Positions 52,077 to 64,000 of a stretch of 64,000 bases of DNA are shown in pieces (positions within the stretch are counted from its first letter, which is position 1; the number at the start of each line of letters is the position of its first letter). The DNA is taken from assembly GCA_965203295.1 (NCBI GenBank), contig CBDBCZ010000011.1:352001-416000 (forward strand), in the 5' to 3' direction. The notes below the pieces were generated by a model. The model had not been told where the DNA came from and searched no databases. It saw only the letters and a list, made by a program, of their open reading frames with translations. The position numbers were made by a program, and so were the translations under genes. Origin of the DNA: Nitrospirales bacterium. Its GTDB lineage: Bacteria > Nitrospirota > Nitrospiria > Nitrospirales > UBA8639.

Positions 52077-55000
52077 ATGGCTACTATTTCAGAACTACGG
52101 CCTCCAGACCTCTGCAGGCGAACAGTTGCTACCCTCGTGCGGGAGCTATTCCCCTTTGAGAAGGTATTTCAAGTAATAATCTCGCGTAGTTAGCCCAAAA
52201 ACTTGCACGAAGTGCGCATCAATGTAGCTACCACGAATCTTACGTGTTGGGCCCAATCGAGAGAATTCACGGGACAGTTTATAAAAGGGGCTAGTACTAT
52301 ATACTTGCCCAATGCTTATTAATTGTGTGAGTGTTGTTGTCCAAATTATCTACAGATGGAGCAAGTATGAACTCACCCAAATTATTAAAATAATAGTCTG
52401 CCTTTAATTAATGCAGTGAAAAGTGTAGTCCTTTTCCATGAAGACAGGACAGTACTGGATAGTGTATAAGGAGAGCTGTTAGTGATAGTTGCTGTTGGCT
52501 TAATCAACTCCACTGAGTATCTTACAAGCAGTACTAACAATATGGCATTGTTCTACAATGGAGAATAACGGTAGAGTGTTCCTTCTGTGTTTTCTCAAGC
52601 AATGCACGAATAGAAATGATTTACAGAATCACTCAATTTATGAATATATACTATTGAGACAGTCGCTTTGCCATAAGTACTACATACACAGCCAACTTTG
52701 CCCTAATCTAAGGTGGTAACATAGTGTATATAGACTGAGCCTTGATGTGGTTTCTGAATAGCCTCGTTCCCAGGCTCTAAAAAAAGCTGGGAAGTAGAGC
52801 CTGGGAACGAGGCTAGTTTCTGAATACATTGTGCACAATTATTATCAGTGCACTGTTCCTCTGTAATTAACTGAGCCTTGATGTGGCTTCTGAATACACT
52901 GTGCACAATTCTTTGATCAGTGCACTGTACCTCAGTCATTGTTCTCCAGGTGTATGACATCTTGGTAGTTATTAATCCTCAGCGAGCATGCGCAGCAAGG
53001 GTTACAGTACTCAGTTTGTGTGTTTGTGTGTGTATGTATCATGTTACCTTTCTAATAGAGAGTTTTCATTGACATCATTTTACGTCACGCGCATGTAGCA
53101 ACTGTTGCCAGGGCGCCATTTTGGTGGGCAGCAAACGTACATAGCCATACACATAAAGACCGGAAGTTACTCTCGTACTCGTAGTCTAGGTGGTAGATTC
53201 ACTCGATCTGTCCCGCCTGAAAACTGACTTACAGCGATAGTTGAGATACTGAACGCGTAAGTTCCCAGCGGCTCTTGATTCTGAGATCGCTGTATAACGT
53301 GCCAATCTAGTCGCCCACGCATGGTGGGCAAGAACGGGCATAAACGGAACGTGACACGGACGCACGTGATCTGTGACGACACGTGAAAACTCTCTATAGC
53401 AATCCCCTTAATGTACGGGTACAAAGTACGATATGAATTGGAAGCAAATGCGGTACTGAAGGTTTTTGATTCATGGATTATTATATGCTCACCACATTGA
53501 ACTTTGACAGTTTCAACGGCCAATAAATACATCACCAATATTTTTTAATGACTACTGGAGACTATTGGTAGGTTATAGCTGCTGTTTCTAATGCCGTCAT
53601 ATACAACAACTTAAAACTACTGCACTGGCTAGCTAACTCTGTGGGCGTGACACACCTCTCATGCATGATGTAGATACAATCCATTCATGCATTGACTGGA
53701 ACTGGAACGGTGAATCGCGGTTCCGTTCCGGTCCCATATCAAGTTATGATGACGTATGTATGTCCTCATGTTTTAGCTTGTGTCTGGTGCCCATGCATGA
53801 TAATAAAAGAGTGACATACAATATAATTTATTCACAGTATTATGCTATTGATACAAAAAAGAAGATACTATGGGATACGAAACCCATGCAATACAAACCG
53901 TAGGATTATACGGGTAACATTATCTCATTCTAGATGCCAAGTGTAGCGTAACTATTTAGTATTTCCATAGCTACTATCTATGGTATTTCATTATAATCAT
54001 GTCGAGGGTTATGCACTTCTGTGCTTTCACTACTGATAATTATGTGGTGTTGCCAATTATTTTCTCTCTTTGAAATCTTTGAAGGTGGAAGAGGGATCTG
54101 TGAAGCAATTCTCCAGCTACATGGACAGAAATTACTATTTTCAGGGTACTTTAGGTGATGAGTATGTGCCCGGAAGTAGCAAAGGTGTCCAGGCGAACAA
54201 GGGTGGTCTGGAGGAGTTTGTGTTGAAGATAAATTCAATGTTATATCCTCGTGATCTTGTCGATGGCCTGAACTGCATGATGAGTCACCTGAGAGGCAAG
54301 GGCATCCAATGTCCCTATCCGCTGACGAGCAGGAACGGAAGGCAGTTAGAAATATGCAGTGAGAGTCGGCTGTTGAAGCGTGAAACAAATGACAAGGAGA
54401 AGGAGTATTGCGTTCGTGTCTTCTTCTTCATTCGTGGAGAAATTTTCGACAAGATTGATAAAGTACACATCACCCCAGGGCTCGTGTATGAGACCGGAAA
54501 ATATGTCGGGAGTCTTGATGCCGCACTTCAGGTGGGTAGTCTATCATAGCACATGGGCCATAATAATATATTATGTAGCTCGGTGGTCTATAATACGGCC
54601 CTTGGGGCTTTGCCCCTCGTGCAGTACTATAGGTGACCTCTGGTATATCCCGTAATGCCTCAGAAGCCATGGGTTAACCTACAGTGCTTCAAACAAAAAG
54701 AGTAGATTGACCGATTTTTGACAATTTCTTTTTATATCTTCAATCAAGGATAACCTCAACTCAAACAAAGTTGATAGCAATGTCCAGTCACCTTTTTTTG
54801 ATTAACCACAAAAATTTTATTAAGTCTCGTGACACATAGCCAGAGTTATGGCTTCACATGTACAAGTGGATTCGAAAAAGACTCTAGAGTCGCCATTTTT
54901 CTAAACTTAGAAGTGAAGAGTTCTAACCTTCCTCAAATGTACTGATTTAAGTGTAGCAACTTGTGAAACCCTCATTGTCCCTTAACCTCATTGCCCTGTC

Positions 55001-55943
55001 GGAGCAGAGCTGCTGAAGCAGGTTTTGAGAGGCGTATACTTTAGAGCCGCTATTTCCACTAACCTAGAATTAAGGGCCAATTTTTCCATGAGCAGTTGGG
55101 CTTACCTGTATTGCTTCCCTACTCCTTAAGAACAGAAAAATAAAAAAATTTGAGAAACCATTACAAATCATTTCCCTGATGTTACATACTTAATTTGGAT
55201 ATAATAAAATGGTTGAAATCTCTAAACAAAAAAAATTCGGAATCTACTCTCTTTGTTTGGAGCACTGTATACATGTACATATTGCATTTAGGTATATTTA
55301 CCAATACTTTCAGGATTTCCAACACCCTGCTATTTCAAGCCGGGAGTGCCTAGATTGGGATCCCAAGCATTTCCTTACACGAAAAAAGCTCCTGCCGTAC
55401 ATTGACGACTTGAAAAAGCGAAATATGGCTGAAAAAGTGTTTAGAGATTTCGAGGAGCATGTGTTACCGAAGCTTTCACTACTGAAACATGGAGTAATTC
55501 ATGCGGATGCCAGTGGCCAAAACATTATTGTTCAAGAAGAGAACAGCAAGTACAAGGTGGCGGGCATCATCGACTTTGGTGAATGTGTACAGTCATGCTA
55601 CATATTCGAACCTGCCATAATGCTTGCTTACGCAATGCTAGAGAGTGCACATCCACTGCAGCTCTCTTGTCCGATGCTCTCCGGCTATTTACAGGCTTTT
55701 CCCATGAGTGAAGAGGAGCTGGACTGCCTCTACTACTGTGTTCTTGCTCGACTCGTTCAAACGGCTACAATGGGCGAATACCTATTTCAGCAGGAGCCTT
55801 GGAATGCGTATTTCCTGACCACTCCTGCAAAGGCCTGGCGTGTAATGGAAGAGCTTCTTGCCACCCCGAAGGATGAAGTGGATAAAATGTGGACTGATGC
55901 AAGACAGAAGACTGTGAAGGACTTTCACTTTGACCGTACCTAA
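52077..55943 (+). CDS. HYKK: Hydroxylysine kinase-like, copy D (387 aa) with variant catalytic-loop motifs
   Basis: Exons 52077-52163, 54085-54531, 55314-55943; close paralog of copy C but with SSYMDRN, HADASGQNI and DFGE. Confidence 0.88.
52759..52815. mobile_element. TAGCC...GGCTA hairpin MITE with 9-bp TSD (AcademH-type signature)
   Basis: TAGCCTCGTTCCCAGGCTCT / AGAGCCTGGGAACGAGGCTA; TSD GTTTCTGAA at 52750-52758 and 52816-52824. Confidence 0.85.
54682..55267. mobile_element. Tc1/mariner-type non-autonomous element in HYKK D intron 2
   Basis: TA|CAGTGCTTCAAACAAAAAGAGTAGATT ... AATCTACTCTCTTTGTTTGGAGCACTG|TA. Confidence 0.85.
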
Positions 55944-56544
55944 TATCTGAAATAGCTATATACAAGCGTATTGTACTGCATGCACTATAACTTTAATATA
56001 TATACACGTGTCCAGACTTTGCTTTTCCTTGAAGAGTTGAACTCTGGGTACAAGACATTCAATGTACATTACTTGTTACGCAGTGCGCACATGGCAACTA
56101 TGTAACATTGATGCTTGCCAAGTTCACTTCTGAATAGTACTTTTGCTCCAATAAAACCTGATCGCAATACTCTTGCTTTATAAAGCAAAGGCCATCGTTA
56201 CTATCACCACGGAGAATATGTATACCGTACCACTTTGGCAATGGGTAAATGTACATTACAATATGTTTCTCGTGGCCATGCATGTGAGGCTAATAAGCCC
56301 TCCTTTATATAATAGTGCAAGGTGATTGTAAATTAACATCTGGTAATAGCCTGAGCCTAATGTAATAGACATTCAGAGTTTTACCTGCTAATCCATATAC
56401 AGGAACTAATAATAGAAATAAAATGATCGAGTTCAAACATTATCTGCATGCAGTGTAGGTTGCCAATAAATATATATAGGGAGACCATGAATTTGAAGGA
56501 AGATTAGAGCTAGTCTATAAATGCATGACTGGAATGGATATTCC

Positions 56545-57640
56545 AAAAAGCACTTTACAAAAAGTGCAAAAAACACTCATGTAGGGATGCACTCCCACCA
56601 AAAAAAAACACTTCCCCAAAAACCAATGAAACAAGCGACAATCCACACCGGAAGGCTTGCACAGACTACCCACACATGACAGCGCAGTGCATTTACTGCG
56701 TTCCTACCATCCCTACATCTTTCCAACCACACCCCTGCAATAATGAGCATGTGAGCTGTGAATAGTGGTAGTGTAATTTGTTTTGTGTGTATGTGTGGTA
56801 ATGAGTGAGTGTGTTGGCGGTTGTGGAAGGTGGGTGAAAGTTGACTGTCGATGTTGGGCAAGTGAGTGGTTGTGGGGGTGTTTGTATGGGGCTTTGGGAT
56901 TGTATATGCATGGTTGAGTGTTGTGAAGTTTGGTGAGTCTGTTGTAGGGGAGGGGAATGTGGGTGTATTTGGTGAAGTGTAGATTGGGTGTTGTGAAGTT
57001 TGTTGAATGTGTTGTAGTGTGGTTGATGTGGGTGGTGTGTGTTGGTGTGTTTTGATGGGAGTGTCACTGTGAAGGTTTGTAGGGGAGGTCCATGTGGGTG
57101 TGTTTGGTATAGTGTAGGTTGGGTGTTGGCAACTTCTTTGAATATGTGTTGTATGAGTGTTTGTTGTGTGGTCGTGTGGGTTGGTGTAAGTGTGGCTTTG
57201 AGTGTGTACTGAATGGAGTGTGGTGCATGTTGTAGTTGTGTTGTGGAGAATTGGTTTGTGCTTGTGAGTGTGGGATTTGTGAGTGGAGTACGTTTTGCAG
57301 GGAATAACGTTGCCATGAAGGTTTGGGTTGCTTGTAGTGTGGGGTGTGTTTTCTGTAGTAGGTTTTCTATGATATGGTGTCAGACGTATGGTTAAGGATG
57401 GTAATGATTGTGGATGGTGAATGTGTATGGGGGTGTGGGACGGTTTGTGGTGGGTGTGGTTGGAAAGATGTAGGGATGGTAGGAACGCAGTAAATGCACT
57501 GCGCTGTCATGTGTGGGTAATCTGTGCAAGCCTTCCGGTGTGGATTGTCGCTTGTTTCATTGGTTTTTGGGGAAGTGTTTTTTTTGGTGGGAGTGCATCC
57601 CTACATGAGTGTTTTTTGCACTTTTTGTAAAGTGCTTTTT
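56545..57640. repeat. ~190-bp near-perfect inverted repeat enclosing a ~720-bp strongly GT-skewed spacer
   Basis: 56545-56734 is the reverse complement of 57452-57640 apart from about one substitution and one homopolymer indel. Confidence 0.95.
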
Positions 57641-57945
57641 CTATGTCTTGTTTCGGGTGTTTTTTTGTGAGATGGCATGAAAGGGTATGGAGTGTTCTGG
57701 AACATTACTGGGATGGTGGGTGTAGAACAGGTATTGATTTGTACTCCAGTCAATATCAGGAAGGCCTTTGCCCGCATGTGCGATGCATGGGGGGGGGAAG
57801 GTTTCCTGATCCCAGGCTGCAGGACGAGGACCCCAGAGTACGTTGCAGCCCAGCGTTGCGCACGTGAGATCTATACTGCTTGCTTCAATGCTGGTCTGAC
57901 ATGGCACATGTGTGGGCGCCATCGGCAAACATGGACAGCGGCCGT

Positions 57946-58410
57946 TTAGCTCGCTACTGGACACGGCGAGCAGGACTCAACGCTGAATGGGGAGCGGGGA
58001 CGGAGAGAGGGCAGCGACGCAACAGCTGGGCAGCAGCGAGTGTTGCCTAGGTGCTGTGTTACGGAAAGGTAATGGCACCCTCTGTAAAGCATGTAGGCTA
58101 TGCTCAAGTGGTCTATGGAGGGTGCTATTACCTTGAAGGGGGGGGGAGACAGGGACAGGGTCACAGTTTTCACAGTGTCAGCTTTATAACTAGCACGTGA
58201 AGCTGCCCTTTTCTTCTCAGGACTAGCTTTGTAGCTAGCACGGGAGGCTGCCTTTCTCTTATCAGGGTCAGCTTTATAGCTAGCACGGGAGGCTGCCCTT
58301 TTCTTCTCAGGACTAGCTTTATAGCTAGCACGGGAGGCTGCCTTTTTCTTATCAGGGTCAGCTATGTAGTAGCGCTTATTCTGCGCTCTCTTCTTACGAG
58401 TATTCGGCAT
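57946..58410 (-). mobile_element. Truncated ORF with 15-aa tandem repeats (KAAxRASYKADPDK-type), Helitron-like N-terminus
   Basis: 45-nt tandem repeats at about 58180-58365 encoding ADPDKKKAASRASYKASPEKKRAASRASYK; the coding-like sequence breaks abruptly; no Rep or helicase motifs present. Confidence 0.45.
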
Positions 58411-59063
58411 ACTACACGCAAGAACAGCAACAAGTGCACCGCAAAGGAACGTCCAGCTTGCAGCTTAAAAGCTCACAAAGGTCCGAACTGGAAGGTTAGT
58501 TCAACAGTTCGCCGTACCGCTAACCGCAAGACCTGTAAGACTTACCTCGTGGTTGAGCTTCCGGTTACGTAATATTGATGTAACAAAATGGTGTAACGCA
58601 AACAGCATCCGCTCGAGAGTACTCGTGAATCACTGCCGAATCTATTCGTTTCTTTGAAAACGCTATGCTGCGAGTGCAATACCCCAGGGAATATCCATCT
58701 TCTTCGTGCCTGAATCATTGTGATCGCCTCAGCCGTTATTGTGCTAGCCTGGCAGAAGAATCAGAATCAGAAGATAGGCGAATGGGCCCGATTTGCTACT
58801 TACCGGTTTGGTACTTAAGTGATATTCTTTAGCAGCGCTAACAGTCTGATTAGTGATGAAAACGCTTTATAATTACTGGTAGGGTTCATATTCGTCCTAG
58901 ACTGCGCTTACAGCAGGGTAATGAACATATAATTTTATACACAGTTAATGGAGAGGCCATTTTTTTTGGAGCCATCCCTACATATGGAGTACTACCGTAC
59001 TCCATGATACTGAAATAGCTGAGACACCCCATGTACCATGCATGCGAAGTGGCTACAAAATAC

Positions 59064-59154
59064 TAGCCTCAGTCCCAGGCTCTCATCCAGCTTTTCGTCG
59101 CTTAATTGGTACTGCAAGCAACGAAAAGCTGGATGAGAGCCTGAGACGAGGCTA
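59064..59154. mobile_element. TAGCC...GGCTA hairpin MITE with 9-bp TSD (AcademH-type signature)
   Basis: Long internal palindrome; TSD ACAAAATAC at 59055-59063 and 59155-59163. Confidence 0.85.
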
Positions 59155-59366
59155 ACAAAATACTCTGTACATGGATGAAAAAGGAGACCCATACTCTTCA
59201 CCACTTGTTATTTGGTGAGCAGCATTTGGGTGTAGCATGTTTATTGTTTAGGAGATGGGGGGAGTGGCCTAATGAGTGAGCAATTACAGTTGGAATTGGC
59301 TGCGTCCTACTGGCAAGTGCTACTAGCAGGTTTAGTGGCCTACTGCTCCTCTGTCAAGGGGCTCCT

Positions 59367-59452
59367 GGACCAGTAGCTCAATTGGTATTAAAGAGCATCT
59401 GACTAGTATATAACATACAGAAGGTCCTGGGTTCAATCCCCAGCTGGGTCCC
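59367..59452 (+). mobile_element. tRNA-derived SINE head or tRNA pseudogene
   Basis: A-box TAGCTCAATTGG, B-box GGTTCAATCC, GGACCAG/CTGGGTCC acceptor-like stem, irregular anticodon arm, followed by a T-run. Confidence 0.65.
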
Positions 59453-59914
59453 GTTTTTTTTCTCGGGATTTTTTTACTCTCTCAGAAAGCTTATCACATC
59501 TTGCAATGTATAACTGTCCCAGCTGATACATAAATATTATGGTAAATTTGCAATATGCAAATTGAAAGGCAATGCAAAATGAAAGAAATTGCTGTGCTAG
59601 TGCATGGGTATCAATCAGTGCCTTCCCTATACCATCACTTTTCTCTTTACATCTCCCTCTCCATCACTGCACCTCCTTTCCCCCGTTCTCAAGCGTGCCT
59701 GCGTAATCCCGCCCCTAGCAAAGTTTGTTACGTAACGCTTAGTCCGTGATATTATCACTATCGCGTTAGTATTATCGCACTATGTGGCGGCCTCAACAGG
59801 AAGCTCAGACCAATATTTACTTACGTTATAGTACACGTAGTAGTAGTAGTAGTAGTCATAATATTAGTACTAGTAATACACGTACAGTAATGTCGCACTG
59901 AAACGCAACAAGCC

Positions 59915-62900
59915 ATGGCTATTCTCCTTTTCGGCAATGTTTGGCAGAGAATCGCTTTGGTTCTCCTACTATGCACCCACGCCGGGTTCGTGCGAACCCA
60001 AGAGGGCGAAGATGAAGAAGGCACCGTGCGCGCTGGTGATATCGAAGAAGCAATTATCGTAGAGAGAAGTAAGATTTGCGCCTACATGGGGGCTGAAATG
60101 GACAATCAATTCGCAAGAGCGCCGGAACTGTTTGCGCATTGGCCGCAGGAGCAAAAGGCTTTCAGTGAAATCTTTTCGTTAGAAAAACCTCACACTCGTA
60201 AGTCATGCTCTGCATGTCATCTCATATTTTTGGGGGACTTAAAAAATTTAATTATTATTATTTTTTTTGGCCGTAAAATAATGTCTGCAGCTCATCGCTC
60301 CACTGTTTGTTTTGGGTTGAATTCAACCTGCTGCAAGCGACGGGCGGAGAATCTGCTGCATAGAACGACAATCATGGATTACAAGAAGGTCTACCGAGAC
60401 GTTCTACAGGAGCACTTTTCTGAATGTTCCGGCGCCGCAAGGAACCTATACCGTAAGAAGCTTACGTATTTGAACTTGTGACTAATAACTTACATCATGT
60501 ATATGTTAATTAATATGCATAAGTTCAGTGCAGACTCATAAAAAGTAATAATAGCCATAGTCCAAACTGAGCAGTTGTTTTACAGAAATTTGCAATGTGG
60601 CTGTTTGGATTTTGGTGAAGTTTACAATCATTTCTTACAGACTATGATCTATAGCTCAGGAATCATGCAACTATAACATAAGACTGATGTCTATCTTTTG
60701 AAGTGTAAGGAAGATTTAAGCCATTCAGTGGCATTTCTTCACCCTATAGCCTTGTTCCCAGGATCTCATCCAGCTCTTCGAAAACCTGGAAGAGATCCTG
60801 GAAACAAGGCTATACTCTCTTTCGTGACGAAGTTCATTGCATGTTGTCACAAGCAGGTGAAAACCCATATTATAGCTATATACAGACCTGAATGTGATTG
60901 GGATCCCAATTACTGCATGCTGTGTACACTGATCATCTACATGACGTTGTGCAAGTGTACTTTTAAAATTTAGGTTATTTCCTGCATGGGGATAGATCAG
61001 CTTAGTGTAAGGATATTAACTCCAGTAGTACAGCAAGGTAGGGCAATGTGAATTGCTCCAGACAAATGTTGGTTTCTGACTTCCTCTTTGGTAGCTAGTA
61101 CTTACCATACTATTTTTTGTTCAGTATTAATTATAATACAGAGTGTAGACTAACACCACTTGAAAGCCCCAGCTTTTAAGTGCCCTGGAACTTGTGCCTT
61201 TCCCTAAGGGCTGATTTGCTCTGTAGCTCCTCCTTGTTTATAGAGAGGCACTTCAAATCAAGTGTACAATCTCTTTATTCCCACCCACACCCTCGATGGT
61301 TCTCACAACTTCCCATTTTATATGACTGACTTATAGAGACGTTGAATAGGCTATGAATATAAGACGTCCACACTTCCTGCCGGTTGGCCTGTGGCCTGCT
61401 ACTTTCAGTCTCTTTACACAATGAATGCCGATACGATACTGTGTGAATGGAAGCATCACAAATCGAGTCAACTACTCTCAACAGTAGTATGTATACAAAT
61501 CAATGCTTTTAATTTCTAAGGTGCATGAATCTCATACAATGGCATACATTATTGGTGCTGACCAGTGAATATTAGTACCAAGACAACCTCTATTGCTCCT
61601 TCTTTAAAGTAGATACCACTAGCCAATTAGATTCGCATACATCCATGCATGCCCAAATAGAGCTGCTTGGCGTGTACTGAAAAACAATTCCTTCATTGAA
61701 TGTAAACAATACTTCTTGGCAATGTAGGTACAATAGGTAGAGGATCTGTATACATATGGTGTTTAGGAGATAGAGTTACTGAGAACCATGTTCTGAAGTG
61801 CAACAAGTGCTGTGTGTTTTACTACACTAATCAAGATAAGACTGTGAAGATGGGTTTCTTGATGGCCTGAGAATGAGCTTTGTTTAAGTTTAATTCAATT
61901 ATCCAATTGTCAGATATACTATGACTTCATTGGTATGAGGCAATGAATCCTTACAAGCATGAAGGTGATGTGGTGTGTAGAGGTAGGTTTCCTCCAAGAA
62001 AAATGTGATTACACCTACAAATTTTGGCCTGGCCGGAGACTCCAGTCTGTCGGGGAGTATAGTAGTGACCAGATGTGTTGTGGTAATCTCTTAGTGAAAT
62101 ATGGAGCTCCTCTGCCCACATCTAATGCAGCAGGCTAACTGAGAGGCAATTAGTTTGGCATGCAAAGGACTCTGGTCAGGGCTTGCTAATGTGGAGTACT
62201 TTACCTCTTTTAAATGGTTCACTACTCTTTTCTGATTTCCAGTTACTAGATGACCACCATTTAGCTGGCAATGTCAGCTCAACTTCAACATAAAAAATAA
62301 AATCAATAAGGGGTATACCCCCTCTCCTACCCCCCCCCCCCCCCAGTGATGCATGCTTTAAAGCAGGTCGTATAATGCATTTCACTTTAAATCCTGCATC
62401 AACCCTGAGTGACCATTTCTACTGTTGTTTCCATACTGCAGATGCCTTGTACGACAAATTTATGGAATCTCACAGGTTACTAGAGGCAGAAATGAGCGAG
62501 ATACTGCCAAGCAAACTTCCTGAGGGAGTCTTTCAAAAACTGTTTACATATTTGACCACCTTTGTCCATCATCCCAATTATTGCCCCCTTCGAGAACATG
62601 TGGAATCGCTGGCCCAGGAACTTTTCAAGTCTGTCTACTTGGCTCAGTTGACAGACGAGCAAGATATTCCCCTCGATCCCAATTGTCTACTAAATGTATC
62701 GAGTACCTTCGCAGAGGACTATGTGGAGGAAATCATCGTTTCTTTAGAGAGACTCCTAGTGGATGTGGCGCTGTTTGTCGAGTCGATTGAGACAGCTGAA
62801 GAAATCATGGACACAGTAAAGGAACACTCCTTCTCGACTCCCTGCGTATTTGCTCTCATGAGATTAAAGTACTGTGCTATCTGTAGCGGTCACACGGAGT

Positions 62901-64000
62901 TTCCAGCCTGTCTGTCTTTCTGTGTGAATATCTTTAGAGGGTGTTTGGCAGACGTTGCTGAGCTATACGATGATTTTGCCGAGTTTCATGAAATACTGAA
63001 GACTTTTTCTGACAGGCTGGTGTCCGACCTTCAGCCTCAGATGATTGTCGCAAACACGCTTCACCAGATCAGGGGGTTGATTGAAGCGCTAAAAAGAGAG
63101 GATCTTCCTGGACTGGTAGGTGGACATCATTTGAAGTCTGCTTGCTTATTTACCATTGTATATACTACTTACGCTAGACTTATTGTCTGTCTAGAACCCG
63201 AGACCTTTTTGAACAGAGTTTCTTGCCCACATAAATGCAGGTATCTTTCGAGTGTGAACTACCTCAGGTCTTTAGACGGAAGAGGAACTCCCTCCAAACG
63301 ACTATACCCCAGACCTCTCCCCCCGTGATCACCACCACTGCATTCACTGCTGTCGACATCGCCTTCGATCCCCTGCCCAGCGCAATGACCGAGCAGTTCT
63401 CCTGCTTGGAAGATCTGGAAATGCTCCTGGATTCCCTCCCCGACGAAATGTGCTACCTCAGCAAGAATCACGTTGGGAGCAGTCGCAACGATCACTGCTG
63501 GACGGGAACAGTCCTTGGAAGGTACGGTACCGATGACATGTATATTACCCTAGGACAAAAAAATACCCTGTATTCCAATATACCGTGGAACCACTCTGTT
63601 GTTGACACCTTGGGGACTTGGTGAAGTGTCCCATATAGAGAGGTGTTCTCATTTCAGGGGTAAATATAATTATATGAAGAAAGCATATTAGGGACGTAAC
63701 AAAGTGTCCTTTATTATTTCAGGGGTGTCCTTTAAGAGGGGTTCCACTGTATTCACAGGCTGGAGGCAATGATTTCTGTAGCATGTTGCTGCAAAATTAG
63801 AGACTATTTTTGTGGAATGTATTATATTGGCCACTAGTGTGCTTCATTTACATACACACAAGTACATGTACTAGCTATGTCAACTGTCTGTCTGGACACC
63901 ATCTCCCGTTGCAGGTATGAAGATAAACTGATAGGCAAGTCTAAAGCAGAGCAGGTCAACAACCCAGCATTCGCCCGGCAGCCCATGGACACGGAACTCT
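59915..64000 (+). CDS. GPC: Glypican (continues beyond window)
   Basis: Exons 59915-60197, 60291-60452, 62442-63115, 63241-63521, 63915->64000, in phase. Signal peptide; glypican Cys motifs VCFGLNSTCC, CVFALMRLKYCAICSG..PACLSFCVNIFRGCLA; furin-type RRKR site; CWTG..GRY; QVNNP. Confidence 0.9.
63583..63749. mobile_element. Tigger/pogo-like MITE in a glypican intron
   Basis: TA|CCGTGGAACC ... GGTTCCACTG|TA; same family as 42100-42663. Confidence 0.8.

Noticed and set aside
35691..55943. Bacterial aminoglycoside-resistance genes or horizontal transfer
   Set aside because: Spliceosomal introns and animal HYKK-specific motifs indicate a native eukaryotic family.
56693..57316. 207-aa Thr/His/Gln/Pro-rich ORF as a mucin-like gene
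   Set aside because: The open frame is expected from the CA-rich strand bias (few stop codons); no signal peptide or splice support.
59367..59452. Functional tRNA gene
   Set aside because: The D-loop and anticodon arm are irregular and no anticodon can be assigned; better explained as a SINE head or pseudogene.

Overview
Eukaryotic (animal) genomic DNA with short GT-AG introns. Gene content and repeat style suggest an early-branching invertebrate such as a demosponge; this is inference only. The window has four main blocks. (1) 1-33.8 kb: a minus-strand tandem array of five 6-exon genes (four with consistent exon phases, copy 1 running off the window edge; one internally deleted) plus a relic. 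They encode about 600-aa receptors with an N-terminal hydrophobic anchor, a Frizzled-type cysteine-rich domain (CRD) and a 7TM region lacking the Frizzled KTxxxW motif. (2) 2783-13730: a decayed ~11 kb Academ (AcademX-type) DNA transposon with TAG...CTA termini and a broken transposase + XPG/FEN1-like nuclease + Cys-rich ORF. It is inserted just upstream of receptor copy 1 and is itself full of nested elements. (3) 35.7-55.9 kb: four tandem 3-exon hydroxylysine-kinase-like (HYKK/AGPHD1, APH-fold) genes; one has a mitochondrial-type presequence and one has altered active-site motifs. (4) From 59.9 kb: a glypican gene running off the end. Introns and spacers contain many MITEs (Academ-, Tc1/pogo-, Sola- and Kolobok-like), Helitron-like relics, a LINE fragment, a tRNA-derived SINE and a 190-bp inverted repeat. 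Exon boundaries were read by eye from splice signals and checked for phase. Family assignments come from remembered motifs, not database searches.
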